Shown here: positions 29,762 through 38,776 of the stretch, piece after piece
Position numbering within the stretch: position 1 is the first letter of the stretch
Layout of the letters: every line of letters begins with the position of its first letter
Program-made: the position numbers and the translations under genes
Notes under the pieces: generated by a model
Database searches by the model: none
What the model saw: only the letters and a program-made list of their open reading frames with translations
Told to the model about the DNA's origin: nothing
Assembly (NCBI GenBank): GCA_003156635.1
Contig: PMHK01000147.1
Span: forward strand, 621 to 44,251
DNA: 43,631 nucleotides
Direction: 5' to 3'
Source: Acidobacteriota bacterium
Lineage (GTDB): Bacteria > Acidobacteriota > Terriglobia > Acidiferrales > UBA7541

Positions 29762-30772
29762 ATGTACGACGACGCACACGGCCCGGCAGGGCACGCTCAC
29801 GATCATGCTCATGGGCATGACCACAGCCACGGCCATAGTCACGGGCTGGGCGGACATTCGCATGTGTCGCTTCCTGCGGAGGGCATGACGCTCATCCTGG
29901 GCGGTGCGGTGGTGGCGACGTTCGCGCTGGTTGGCGTGGAACTGATTGCAGGTTACGCCGGGCATTCAATCGCGCTGGTCAGCGATGCGGTGCATAACTT
30001 GACCGACGTTCCGACGCTGGTGCTTTCCTGGTTCGCGACGCGCTGGGCGAAAAAACCTCCGACACCTCAGAAGACGTACGGATATCACCGGGCAGGAATT
30101 CTGGCGGCGTTTGTGAACGCGATGCTGCTGTCCTTGGTTTCGGTGGGGCTGATTTACGAATCGCTGACGCGTTTGCACCGCCCGGTAGAAGTGAAAACCA
30201 GCCTGATGTTATGGGTTTCGGTTTTTGCACTGGTCATCAACGCCGGGATTACGTTCGCGGTAACAGGCGGGCGGCGCGATTTGAACGTGCGCAGCATCTG
30301 GATCCACAATTTGGGCGACGCGCTTTCGAATGTGGCGATTATTTTGGGCGCGATCGCGATTCACTACACGGGTTGGTCGTGGGTCGATCCGGTGATTGGC
30401 ATTGCGATTGGCGCGATGGTGTTCTGGTCCGGCATCGGCATACTGCGGGAGAGCACGCATATATTGTTGGAAGGCTTGCCGCGCAGCATCGATCTGGAAA
30501 GCGTCGCGCGAGCGATGCTGCGTGTTCCGGGCGTGCAGGAAGTTCACGACGTGCATATCTGGACGCTGGGTACAGATTTGAATGCATTGTCGTGCCACAT
30601 CTGTATTCCGGATATGCATATGGAAGATAGCGAGAAGGTCCTCGCGCAGGTACGCGAGATTCTGGAAAAGGAATTCAAAATTACACACACCACGATTCAA
30701 TTTGAGCGCGCGGGGCTGGCAGCGGACGCGAATTTGTACATGCCGGAGCCGGTGCAGCGTTCGGGCTCGTAA
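29762..30772 (+). CDS. cation diffusion facilitator (CDF) family divalent-metal efflux transporter with a His-rich N-terminus (CzcD/ZitB-like)
   Basis: The N-terminus HGPAGHAHDHAHGHDHSHGHSHGLGGHSH has 14 His in 34 aa. Six TM segments. Metal-site motifs SDAVHNLTD (TM2) and HNLGDALSN (TM5). C-terminal cytoplasmic domain VHDVHIWTLG...HTTIQFE. Confidence 0.9.
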   Translation: MYDDAHGPAGHAHDHAHGHDHSHGHSHGLGGHSHVSLPAEGMTLILGGAVVATFALVGVELIAGYAGHSIALVSDAVHNLTDVPTLVLSWFATRWAKKPPTPQKTYGYHRAGILAAFVNAMLLSLVSVGLIYESLTRLHRPVEVKTSLMLWVSVFALVINAGITFAVTGGRRDLNVRSIWIHNLGDALSNVAIILGAIAIHYTGWSWVDPVIGIAIGAMVFWSGIGILRESTHILLEGLPRSIDLESVARAMLRVPGVQEVHDVHIWTLGTDLNALSCHICIPDMHMEDSEKVLAQVREILEKEFKITHTTIQFERAGLAADANLYMPEPVQRSGS

Positions 30773-30866
30773 GACCGATCAGCCTCGAAAGATGAAAGGC
30801 CCCACCCTTCCAGAGGCGGGAAGGATGGGCCACCCGCAAAGGCTGACGTCAGAAACTTAGACCACT

Positions 30867-31757
30867 TTAATTAGAGATTTCGGCGGATGGCTTGGACTTT
30901 GGCGTCGCTGGGGGCGCGGGGTCGTCGGCCGGAGGAATGGTGATGGGCGTGCCGCGTTCGGTGTTGAGGCGCTGGGTCTCGTCGACGTCGAGGTCGCGGA
31001 AGGCGAGGGTGCGGCGGCCGCCATCGGGCGTGATGTAGACGAGGCGATCGCTGGAGCGGGTGAAGGCTACAGCGTCGAGCAGGTTGCCGTTCCGGGTGAC
31101 CAGGGTGAAGGAGCCAACGTCGGGAATCGGAACGGCAGATTCACGTTCGGCGGCAGCGGATGGCTCGGCTTGATCCGCAGCAGATTGCTTTCCTTGCAGG
31201 CGAGGATCCGGGACCTGCTGAACAAAAATGTACTGGGGTTGCTGTTGGGCGCCGGACTGCTGGCCGCCGGATTGCGCATCTTCGTAGTTCGCCGACGATG
31301 CATCTTGCGATTGATCGGAATTCTGATCCTGGCCGGAGTAATCGTATCCGTAGCCACCGCCGAACAGGATGATGGCACCGGAACTTCTGAGGCGTTTCTG
31401 CTGATTTATTCCTTGATTCGTCGCGGCCAGCGGGTTTACAAAGCCGCCGGGAGAAACTGGGCCAACGAAATTCGAGCCGAGCGGCGCATTATCGAGGTTG
31501 CCGAAATCGAGAGCGCGCACTTTTACGCCATTGACGATATGGGTGCTGCCCGAACCGGTTGGGCCGGCTGAGTGATGAAGCGTTGAAGACGAATGAGAAA
31601 CCGGCTTGGCGGTCGAAGCCGCAGGTGGTGGGGTGGCCGGCGCGCCGGCACGCGGAGCAACGGGAGCGGGCGCAGCGGCAGCGTGGGGAGCTTGCGCGAG
31701 CAACGGAAGAGCCAGTGAACTTAAGGCGAAAAGCCCAATCACCAGTTTCATTCTCAT
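30867..31757 (-). CDS. secreted low-complexity (A/P/Q/S/G-rich) hypothetical protein
   Basis: ORF trimmed to the ATG at 31757 (MRMKLVIGLFALSSLALPLLAQA signal peptide; AGG-containing SD-like sequence upstream). Composition is Ala/Pro-rich, then Gln/Ser/Asp-rich. The more ordered C-terminus reads GSFTLVTRNGNLLDAVAFTRSSDRLVYITPDGGRRTLAFRDLDVDETQRLN. Confidence 0.65.
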   Translation of the reverse strand: MRMKLVIGLFALSSLALPLLAQAPHAAAAPAPVAPRAGAPATPPPAASTAKPVSHSSSTLHHSAGPTGSGSTHIVNGVKVRALDFGNLDNAPLGSNFVGPVSPGGFVNPLAATNQGINQQKRLRSSGAIILFGGGYGYDYSGQDQNSDQSQDASSANYEDAQSGGQQSGAQQQPQYIFVQQVPDPRLQGKQSAADQAEPSAAAERESAVPIPDVGSFTLVTRNGNLLDAVAFTRSSDRLVYITPDGGRRTLAFRDLDVDETQRLNTERGTPITIPPADDPAPPATPKSKPSAEISN

Positions 31758-31972
31758 GACAACCTCGCTTCGCCCACATAATATCAGACGCGGCGAGTAG
31801 CCGGTTAGTTGCGGAAGTTTCAAGGCGTAGCGCGGTGGCGGTTATCCGCCTGCTTTTTCGGGCACTAACGGGCAAACGGTGGTGTCTATAGGTGCTGGTT
31901 TGGGGTGAGCGGGGAAATGCGGTTTGGGGCCTTGGGCAATTTTCAGGTTTGCTTTTCCCTGTGGGTGGGATG

Positions 31973-31981
31973 TGCTATAAA
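31973..31981 (+). promoter_or_regulatory. candidate extended -10 promoter element (TGcTATAAA)
   Basis: TGCTATAAA lies 24 nt upstream of the ATG at 32006. No good -35 at standard spacing. Sequence match only. Confidence 0.3.
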
Positions 31982-32005
31982 CGTCAGTCCGAAGGGCGAC
32001 GCGAG

Positions 32006-32197
32006 ATGGCCGAGACGGAAGGCGTGGTTTTCGCAGGATCGGCAGCAGACGGGAAGGCTAGCGGCCGCCGCCAAGTAGCGGAGCCGGATGTTCCTTCGCA
32101 GTTTTGCCCGCGGTGTTCGTCGCGGCTGGAGCCCCGGAAATGCAAGATGATTTGCGAATCTTGCGGATACTATATGTCCTGCTCTGATTTTTACTGA
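32006..32197 (+). CDS. small zinc-ribbon protein (63 aa, six Cys)
   Basis: ORF 31892..32197 trimmed to the ATG at 32006. C-terminus [26 protein letters not shown] has CxxC ... CxxxCxxC spacing. It lies 80 nt upstream of, and on the same strand as, the STAS gene. Confidence 0.5.
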   Translation: MAETEGVVFAGSAADGKASGRRQVAEPDVPSQFCPRCSSRLEPRKCKMICESCGYYMSCSDFY

Positions 32198-32278
32198 AAC
32201 GCCGGCGTGCCGCAGACCGGGTGGCGATTCAGCTGAAATGATGCAAATACAGATTTGAACTTTCCAGGAGGCGCGAAC

Positions 32279-32629
32279 GTGGCATTAAAAATGGTGGACA
32301 AGGAAGTCGGAGACGTGACGGTGGTGGAAATCGAAGGACGCATCGTCCTCGGCGAAGAAAGCAACGCGTTTCGCGAGCAGGTCAAGAATTTGCTGGCCGC
32401 GGGAAAGAAGAAAATCGTGCTGAACCTGGCGCAGGTCGGTTACATCGACAGCGCGGGGCTGGGCACGCTGGTGGCGACGTTCCACAGCGCGCGCTCGCAG
32501 GGCGCGGTGTTGAAGCTGGCGAACCTGGGATCGAAGTTCAAGGAAGTGCTGCAGGTCACCAAGTTGATGACCGTGTTTGATACCTATGACAGCGAAGCGT
32601 TGGCCGTAGAAAGCTTCAACAACAAGTAA
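32279..32629 (+). CDS. STAS-domain anti-sigma-factor antagonist (SpoIIAA/RsbV-like)
   Basis: GTG at 32279 lies 7 nt after AGGAGG (32266-32271). VVEIEGRIVLGEESNAFREQVKNLL..GKKKIVLNLAQVGYIDSAGLGTLV contains the conserved phosphorylatable Ser context (DSAGLG). Confidence 0.85.
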   Translation: MALKMVDKEVGDVTVVEIEGRIVLGEESNAFREQVKNLLAAGKKKIVLNLAQVGYIDSAGLGTLVATFHSARSQGAVLKLANLGSKFKEVLQVTKLMTVFDTYDSEALAVESFNNK

Positions 32630-32650
32630 CTCGTCGACGAATGGGAAGCG

Positions 32651-32681
32651 AGGGGCACGCGAGCGTGCCCCTTTTTGTTTT
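32651..32681 (+). terminator. Rho-independent terminator
   Basis: AGGGGCACG (32651-32659), loop CGAG, CGTGCCCCT (32664-32672), followed by TTTTGTTTT. It lies 22 nt after the STAS stop. Confidence 0.75.
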
Positions 32682-32687
32682 ACCGGT

Positions 32688-34073
32688 TTAGCTTCCGCCC
32701 AAGGCATTGGACTGCTTTTCGATCGTCCCTTCCACTCTGAAAATCGCGACTCCGCTGAGAAGCTTGGGGTAGAAGTCCGTGGATTTTTGCGGCAGCACGT
32801 CACCGCCAAGGGCGATGTCGGCGACTTGTTGCACGCGGGCGGGATTCAGCAGGCAGGCCATCTGGGCGTCACCTTTATCGACGGCGGCGATGGCACCGTC
32901 CATTTCACGTTTGTAGGAGACATTCTTTTCGCTGGCGACGTCCTCCTGACTGATCCCGAGGCCTTTTTCAATGATCAAGCGATGCAGGAGCACTACGTCG
33001 AGGCCGCGCTGTGCTTCGGAGATGTCTGGAAGAATGGTTTCGAGATCAGCGTCGCGACGAAGCAGGAAGAGATAATAGGCTCCGCCGCCGGAGGCATTCG
33101 CGCCAGGGTAAATGCCCACGCCGCGGCGGCCGTGGTTCACGCCTTGAAAATCCTTGAGGAAATCGGCGTAGGCGGTGACGCGCTCTTCGGCGTTGAGGAA
33201 TGGATAGGAATACCAGTCGAAGTACTGGCCGACGTTTTTGCGAAACTTCTCGAAGTCGAAATTGTCCACGTTTCTGATCAGGCGATGGGTGGCGAGGATC
33301 GTCAGGCCTTTGGAGTGGGTGTTGATGAAGGTCATCATGGCAAATTCGTGCGCGGCGTCGGGGGCCGGTTGCTGCAATTTGGCGCGGCCTTCGTTGCGGA
33401 AATTCAGCGCGGTTTCGTAGCGATGATGGCCGTCGGCGATGATCAGCTTCTTGTCGGCCATGGCGCTCTGGATCCGGCGAACGGTGGCCTGGTCGGAAAC
33501 GGGCCACAAGCGGTGGGTTACGCCATACTCGTCTTCCATCTGCTGCGGCTGGGATTTGCGCGCGACTTCTTCGAGCAGATTGTCGATGCTGCGCGGGGCG
33601 TCGTTGTAGAGCATGAAAAGTTGGCCGGTTTGCACGTGGGTGTTGCGCAGCAAGTCGATGCGGTCGGCCTTGGGCGCGGAGAGGGTCCGCTCGTGGCGGA
33701 AGACGACGTGGGCGTCGTAGTCTTCGACGCGGCCGAGGGCGATAAAGCCGATGCGGGTTTTCTTGGTGTGCGTGCCGGGCACCAGATATTCCTGGGAGTA
33801 GACGTAAATATTGGGCGCCGAATCCTGGAGCAGGACTTTTTCTTTGATCCACTCGTCCACTTTTTTGCCGGCGCGGGTGTAGACGTTGTCCTGCGGCGAA
33901 TCGCTGGGCAGCACGCGGCCTTTTTCGATGGCGATCAGGTTGTAGGGGCTCTTGGCGTAGTAGGCTTCCTGCATCGCGGGGCTAATCTTGTCGTAGGGCT
34001 GGGTGAGCACGTCACTGAGCGGTACGCGGTTGGTGTCGTAGCGGAAGGCGCGAAACGGTTGGATTTCTGCCAT
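32688..34073 (-). CDS. DUF1015 domain protein
   Basis: ORF trimmed to the ATG at 34071-34073. MAEIQPFRAFRYDTNRVPLSDVLTQPYDKIS... and IADGHHRYETAL are hallmark DUF1015 motifs. Confidence 0.85.
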   Translation of the reverse strand: MAEIQPFRAFRYDTNRVPLSDVLTQPYDKISPAMQEAYYAKSPYNLIAIEKGRVLPSDSPQDNVYTRAGKKVDEWIKEKVLLQDSAPNIYVYSQEYLVPGTHTKKTRIGFIALGRVEDYDAHVVFRHERTLSAPKADRIDLLRNTHVQTGQLFMLYNDAPRSIDNLLEEVARKSQPQQMEDEYGVTHRLWPVSDQATVRRIQSAMADKKLIIADGHHRYETALNFRNEGRAKLQQPAPDAAHEFAMMTFINTHSKGLTILATHRLIRNVDNFDFEKFRKNVGQYFDWYSYPFLNAEERVTAYADFLKDFQGVNHGRRGVGIYPGANASGGGAYYLFLLRRDADLETILPDISEAQRGLDVVLLHRLIIEKGLGISQEDVASEKNVSYKREMDGAIAAVDKGDAQMACLLNPARVQQVADIALGGDVLPQKSTDFYPKLLSGVAIFRVEGTIEKQSNALGGS

Positions 34074-34257
34074 GAGGGCCTCGTGTGGTCGCAACTGATC
34101 TGGTCGAATTTCCAATTGTAGCAGCGAGCGGCGCGCAAATACACGGCGAGCATCTCGCAGGCGAGAAGGAATTTGCGGTCTGGAGGGTTCTAAGAGTTCT
34201 AGGAGCAGGGCCGTTTGCGAGGGCCGGCCGCGCGCGAACTCAAGTACACTGGAAATC

Positions 34258-34935
34258 GTGAAAAATAATAATGGGTTCTCGAAAATACGCGCCTTGATAT
34301 TCGATTTGGACGGCACGCTGATTGATTCGAAGCTGGACCTGGCGTTATCGGTCAACGCGATGCTGGATCACATGGGGAGTCCGCAGCATGTGCACGAAAC
34401 GATTTTTGGTTTCGTCGGAAATGGGGCGGAAGTGCTGGTGCGTAAATCGCTGGGCGACGGCGCCACCGACGAAGACGTGAAACGCGGGCTGGGCTATTTT
34501 CTGAGCTACTACCGGACGCACATGCTGGATAACACGGTGTTGTATCCCGGCGTGCAGGAGGCGCTGGACGAATTTCGGCGGCAGGAACGATATTCGATGG
34601 CGGTGTTTACCAACAAGCCGGTGAATTTCAGCCGGGCGATTATCGAGGGGCTGAATTTGTCGAATCGTTTTGTTGCGGTCTATGGGGGGAACAGTTTCGA
34701 AAGAAAGAAGCCCGACCCGATGGGCATTGAAGTTTTGTTGCGCGACATGAACGTGACTCGCGAAGAAGCCATGATGGTTGGCGATTCGCAGGTGGATGTG
34801 CTGACTGCGCGCAATTCCGGGATATTCGCTTGCGGGGTCACGTACGGGTTGGGTTTGGAGGGAATGCGGGCTCATCCGCCGGATGTGATGGTGGATAATT
34901 TGACGGAGCTTCCCGAGAAATTGAACGGCAAGTAG
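34258..34935 (+). CDS. HAD-IA family hydrolase, phosphoglycolate phosphatase-like
   Basis: Motif I IFDLDGTLIDS, motif II TNKP, motifs III/IV KKPDP and MVGDSQVDVLTARNSG. GTG start. Confidence 0.8.
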   Translation: MKNNNGFSKIRALIFDLDGTLIDSKLDLALSVNAMLDHMGSPQHVHETIFGFVGNGAEVLVRKSLGDGATDEDVKRGLGYFLSYYRTHMLDNTVLYPGVQEALDEFRRQERYSMAVFTNKPVNFSRAIIEGLNLSNRFVAVYGGNSFERKKPDPMGIEVLLRDMNVTREEAMMVGDSQVDVLTARNSGIFACGVTYGLGLEGMRAHPPDVMVDNLTELPEKLNGK

Positions 34936-34963
34936 CGGGACGGCGGGAAGAAAAGAACTCTGG

Positions 34964-35905
34964 CTAGGTTTTATGGTAGGTGGACGCGTACCAATCCCAG
35001 GTAAGCTTTAAGCCCTCTTCGAAATTTACGGTCGGCTGATAGCCGAGTACTTTGCGGGCCAGCGAAATGTCGGCCTGCGAGTCTTTGATGTCGCCGATGC
35101 GCGGCGGATCGTATTCCGCGGTGATTTTCTTTCCGGTAATTTTTTCCAGGAGCTTGATCACTTGATTCAAGGTGACGCGCGCGCCGGTCCCGCCGTTCAT
35201 AACCATTCCCGAAGCGCCAGGGGTTTCGCAGGCGCGAAGCGTGACGTCCACCACGTTGGCGATGTAGGTGAAATCGCGGGACTGCTCGCCATCGCCGAAG
35301 ATTACCGGCGATTCACCGCGAATCACCGCCAGCATAAAACGCGAAAGCACTCCGGAATATTGGGAGGAAGGATCCTGCCGCGGGCCGAAGACGTTGAAAT
35401 ATCGCAGGCTGACATTTTCGAGTCCGTAGGCGCGGCCGAAGACCTGGGCATACAGTTCGCCGGCGAGTTTGGTGACGCCATAGGGAGAAATGGGAGACGC
35501 AGACATCGATTCGGTTTTGGGTAATTCCGCGGTTTCACCATAGGCCGAAGAAGAAGCGGCGAAAACCAGGCGGCGTACTTTGGCGTCGCGTGCCGCGACC
35601 AGAACGTTCAGGGTGCCGTCGATGTTGACGCGATTCGTTTCCAGCGGATTGGCCACGGACCGGGGAACCGAAGTGCGGGCCGCAAGGTGAATCACATAAT
35701 CGATTCCACTGCAGGCGGATTGCACGGCGGCAAGATCGGCGATGGTTCCGATGCGCAAGTCAACCTGGCTGCGAAGCGCGGCCAGATTTTCTTCCTTGCC
35801 GGACGAGAGATCGTCGAGGACGACGACGTCCTGGCCGCGGCGCACGAGTTCATCGACGATGTTCGAACCGATGAAGCCGGCTCCGCCGGTAACGAGATAA
35901 CGCAT
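34964..35905 (-). CDS. extended-SDR NAD-dependent UDP-sugar 4-epimerase (WbpP/TviC-like)
   Basis: ORF trimmed to the ATG at 35903-35905, with GGAGGA upstream. Motifs: YLVTGGAGFIGSN, HLAA, SSSAYG, catalytic YGVTK, LRYFNVFGPRQDP and GDGEQSRDFTY. Confidence 0.85.
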   Translation of the reverse strand: MRYLVTGGAGFIGSNIVDELVRRGQDVVVLDDLSSGKEENLAALRSQVDLRIGTIADLAAVQSACSGIDYVIHLAARTSVPRSVANPLETNRVNIDGTLNVLVAARDAKVRRLVFAASSSAYGETAELPKTESMSASPISPYGVTKLAGELYAQVFGRAYGLENVSLRYFNVFGPRQDPSSQYSGVLSRFMLAVIRGESPVIFGDGEQSRDFTYIANVVDVTLRACETPGASGMVMNGGTGARVTLNQVIKLLEKITGKKITAEYDPPRIGDIKDSQADISLARKVLGYQPTVNFEEGLKLTWDWYASTYHKT

Positions 35906-36066
35906 GCCTGGTGTTCCTCCGTTGCAGATGTGCCTTGGAAATTTGACGGAATCAAATCGTTTTCGCAAGCGCCAAAGGCAAGCATGGCCAGGGTTTTTCC
36001 TTTCGGGTACGCTGACGAGGAGTTGGCGCAAGCGTCGCAACTCAGCGGTGAACGCCGGAAATCGGA

Positions 36067-36852
36067 ATGCTACGAGAACCAAAATTCGGCCGGGCCGGTG
36101 ATTTCAGCAGCCCGGTGTTTATCGCGGTGCTGCTCGTGATGATTTTGGGTGCGCCCGAACTACGCGGCCAGAGCGAGAAGACATCGCCGGCCGGGTCCGT
36201 TCCGTTTGCCGTCGGGGAGGTGTTGGACTACCGGCTCTCCTGGTCGGTGTTTTCGAATGCGGCGGCGGTGCAGCTGGCAGTGGTCGAGAAGCGCGATTTA
36301 TTCGGGATACCTGCGTGGCATTTCCGGGCCTCGGCGCATACACAGGTTCCGTTGCGTTCAGTGGCGGAGATCGACGACCAATTCGATTCGTATGCCGAGA
36401 TAGCCACGCTGGAGAGCCGGCAGTATGAAAGTTATCTGAACGAGCTGGGCGAGAAACAAAACACGGTGTTGCAGTTGGCTGCGGCGCGCCAGGCAGCCCG
36501 AGGCCGAGCTTCGGTGGTCCTAGTGAAACCGCACACGCGGGATCCGCTCGCGGCGTTGTATATGTTGCGCGCGGTGGATTGGCAGCGAACCGCGGAGATC
36601 CGAGGCCCGGTCTATGACGGGGAGGACTTGTACGAGATGCGAGCGCGGCTCGAGCTGCCCAACGACACGCTTAGGGTTGCCGGACAAAACGTGACGGCGA
36701 CGAAGATTGCGGTGGTGCTGTTTCGCGGTGGGTACGAATCACGAACGAGATGTTGGATTTGGCTTTCGCAGGATGCGGCGCGTGTGCCGCTGGTGATCCT
36801 TGCGCAGGTACCTTACGGAAGCGTGCGGGCCGAGTTGGTTTCGCGCCGGTAA
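36067..36852 (+). CDS. DUF3108 domain protein (exported)
   Basis: Hydrophobic N-terminus VFIAVLLVMILGAP. FAVGEVLDYRLSWSVFSNAAAVQLAV... and the C-terminal beta-rich pattern resemble DUF3108. The start codon is not certain. Confidence 0.65.
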   Translation: MLREPKFGRAGDFSSPVFIAVLLVMILGAPELRGQSEKTSPAGSVPFAVGEVLDYRLSWSVFSNAAAVQLAVVEKRDLFGIPAWHFRASAHTQVPLRSVAEIDDQFDSYAEIATLESRQYESYLNELGEKQNTVLQLAAARQAARGRASVVLVKPHTRDPLAALYMLRAVDWQRTAEIRGPVYDGEDLYEMRARLELPNDTLRVAGQNVTATKIAVVLFRGGYESRTRCWIWLSQDAARVPLVILAQVPYGSVRAELVSRR

Positions 36853-36887
36853 GGGAAAATGCGAACCGTTGCAGGACCGCAGGCGAT

Positions 36888-37265
36888 TTAGTTTTCGGGA
36901 ACGACCCAGTCGTCGGGCGGAAAATCGATCTGCCAAAAGGATGGCGAGGGCTTCAAAAACTCGATGCCGATTTGCGATCGTCCAGCCTGCTGGCTGCCGA
37001 CGTGAACGATGCGGCATTCATGAGCATGGCGAGTGAACTTGTTGGAAATGGTAATGGTTTGGCCCACGGCTGCGGGGGCGGCGAGCGAAACCAGGGCGCC
37101 GTGAGCGTTGACCACCAGGGTGCGGGTATCTTCAGCGAAATCCTGATTGTTCAATTTCCCGGCAATGGTCACCGGCACGCTGAGCAGCACGCGCATGCTG
37201 CGGCGGCGCCCCGTATCGGCGATCCACGATTTCTTTTCCGGCTGCGACAAAATTGATGAACTCAT
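36888..37265 (-). CDS. stand-alone PilZ domain protein (125 aa) with a degenerate second motif
   Basis: ORF trimmed to the ATG at 37263-37265. RRRSMR (RxxxR) is followed by VLLSVPVTIAG...TRTLVVNAHGALVSL, where D/NxSxxG reads NAHGAL (Ser to His, Gly not conserved). The C-terminal beta-barrel-like sequence is RIVHVG...IGIEFL. Confidence 0.7.
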   Translation of the reverse strand: MSSSILSQPEKKSWIADTGRRRSMRVLLSVPVTIAGKLNNQDFAEDTRTLVVNAHGALVSLAAPAAVGQTITISNKFTRHAHECRIVHVGSQQAGRSQIGIEFLKPSPSFWQIDFPPDDWVVPEN

Positions 37266-37377
37266 GGCTGAATGGAAGATAGCGCGCGGAAAGTACCGCG
37301 GCAATGGAACTACCTTACCAGTCGGGATTTTGCATGCACCTGGACGAGGGGACGGGAACGAAAACTGCCCAGGGGGA

Positions 37378-37397
37378 CAGGCGAAACCATTCGCCTG
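37378..37397 (-). promoter_or_regulatory. perfect 8-bp stem / 4-nt loop hairpin between the dehydrogenase and PilZ genes
   Basis: CAGGCGAA-ACCA-TTCGCCTG (plus-strand reading). It lies 24 nt downstream of the dehydrogenase stop on the minus strand. No adjacent U-tract, so it is an intercistronic stem-loop rather than a clear terminator. Confidence 0.35.
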
Positions 37398-37420
37398 CGT
37401 CTCGCGGATGGCGGTGAATT

Positions 37421-38776
37421 TCAGCAGTGCACGATTTTTTCGCGCTGGCCCTGGATGTGGCGGGTGGCGTTGCGGGTATCGACCACCAGTTTCGAATTTT
37501 TCACGATCGCCGGGTAGTCGTATTGGGTGTGATCGGTGGCGATCAGCACGCAATCGTACGCGGCCAGATTCTGGGGGGTGAGCTCGACCGATTTCATGTG
37601 CGAAAAATCGTAGTGGCGCATTTTGTGAAGTGCGGGGAAGTAGGGATCGTTGTAGTCCAGTTTGGCGCCGCGGGCGGTAAGTAGCTCGAGGAGTTTCAAG
37701 GAAGGCGACTCGCGCAAATCGTCGACATCTTTTTTGTAGGCGACGCCGAGGACGAGAATCTTCGAGCCCTTCACGCTTTTTTCATGGTCGTTTAGCGCCG
37801 CGACCAGCGCGTCGACCACGTGATAGGGCATGGCGGTATTGATTTCGCCGGCGAGTTCGATGAAACGAGTGGCGAAATCGTATTCGCGCGCTTTCCACGA
37901 AAGATAAAACGGATCGACCGGGATGCAGTGGCCGCCCAGGCCGGGACCAGGATAAAACGGCATGAAGCCGAAAGGTTTGGTGGCGGCGCTATCGATGACT
38001 TCCCAGATATCGAGATCCATGCGCAGCGAGAGCTGCTTCAGTTCGTTGACCAGCGCGATGTTGACGCAACGGAAAATGTTTTCAAGCAGCTTGACCATCT
38101 CCGCCGCGCGGGTCGACGTTACCGGCACGACTTTCGAGACGATTTGGGCGTAGAGGTTCACGGCGGCCTGGCAACTGGCGGGATTGATACCGCCGACGAC
38201 CTTCGGAATTTGGGCCAAGCCGAAATGCTTATTGCCGGGATCTTCGCGCTCGGGAGAAAACGCCAGATAAAAATCGGTTTTGGTGGTCTCGGCGCCCGGG
38301 CCTTTAGCCAGCGGGCATTGCAAACCGCCTTTTTCCAGGATCGGCAGGACCAGTTCTTCGGTGGTTCCGGGATAGGTGGTGCTTTCCAGGACGATCAGCT
38401 GATTTTTTTGCAGGTTCGGCGCGATCGACTGCGCGGTCAATTCAACATAGCTCAGGTCGGGCTCGCGGCGTTCATCGAGCGGCGTTGGCACGCAGATCAA
38501 GACTGCGTCCATTTCGCGGAGCTTCGAAAAATCGGTGGTGGCGTTGAAGCGCTTTCCTTGGACGTGCTGATTGATTTTGTCCGCCGGAATATGCTGAATG
38601 TAGGACTGGCCGGCGTTGAGCTTGGTGATCTTTTCCTGGTCGGTGTCGAAGCCGGTGACGCGCTGGCCGACGTCGGCGAAGCGCAGGGCCAGCGGGAGGC
38701 CCACGTAGCCGCAGCCGATGATTCCGATTTTAAGATCTTTCCCCGCGAAAAATTCCGGCTGGCGATCCGCACTCAT
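37421..38776 (-). CDS. nucleotide-sugar 6-dehydrogenase (UDP-GlcNAc/UDP-ManNAc dehydrogenase family; WbpO/TviB/WecC-like)
   Basis: GAGGAA SD upstream of the ATG at 38774-38776. Motifs: KIGIIGCGYVGLPLA (NAD), catalytic Cys context GPGLGGHCIPVDP, and the C-terminal UDP-binding domain VLGVAYKKDVDDLRESP. Confidence 0.85.
   Translation of the reverse strand: MSADRQPEFFAGKDLKIGIIGCGYVGLPLALRFADVGQRVTGFDTDQEKITKLNAGQSYIQHIPADKINQHVQGKRFNATTDFSKLREMDAVLICVPTPLDERREPDLSYVELTAQSIAPNLQKNQLIVLESTTYPGTTEELVLPILEKGGLQCPLAKGPGAETTKTDFYLAFSPEREDPGNKHFGLAQIPKVVGGINPASCQAAVNLYAQIVSKVVPVTSTRAAEMVKLLENIFRCVNIALVNELKQLSLRMDLDIWEVIDSAATKPFGFMPFYPGPGLGGHCIPVDPFYLSWKAREYDFATRFIELAGEINTAMPYHVVDALVAALNDHEKSVKGSKILVLGVAYKKDVDDLRESPSLKLLELLTARGAKLDYNDPYFPALHKMRHYDFSHMKSVELTPQNLAAYDCVLIATDHTQYDYPAIVKNSKLVVDTRNATRHIQGQREKIVHC

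Noticed and set aside
29525-29965. 146-aa ORF on the - strand spanning the MBL-PilZ / CDF intergenic region
   Set aside because: It is partly antisense to the His-rich CDF N-terminus. The translation is low-complexity His/Arg/Pro with no start context.
32787-34121. 444-aa ORF on the + strand
   Set aside because: It is entirely antisense to the DUF1015 gene, which has hallmark motifs. Its G/D/V/A-rich composition is typical of shadow ORFs in GC-rich DNA, and I see no recognisable motif.
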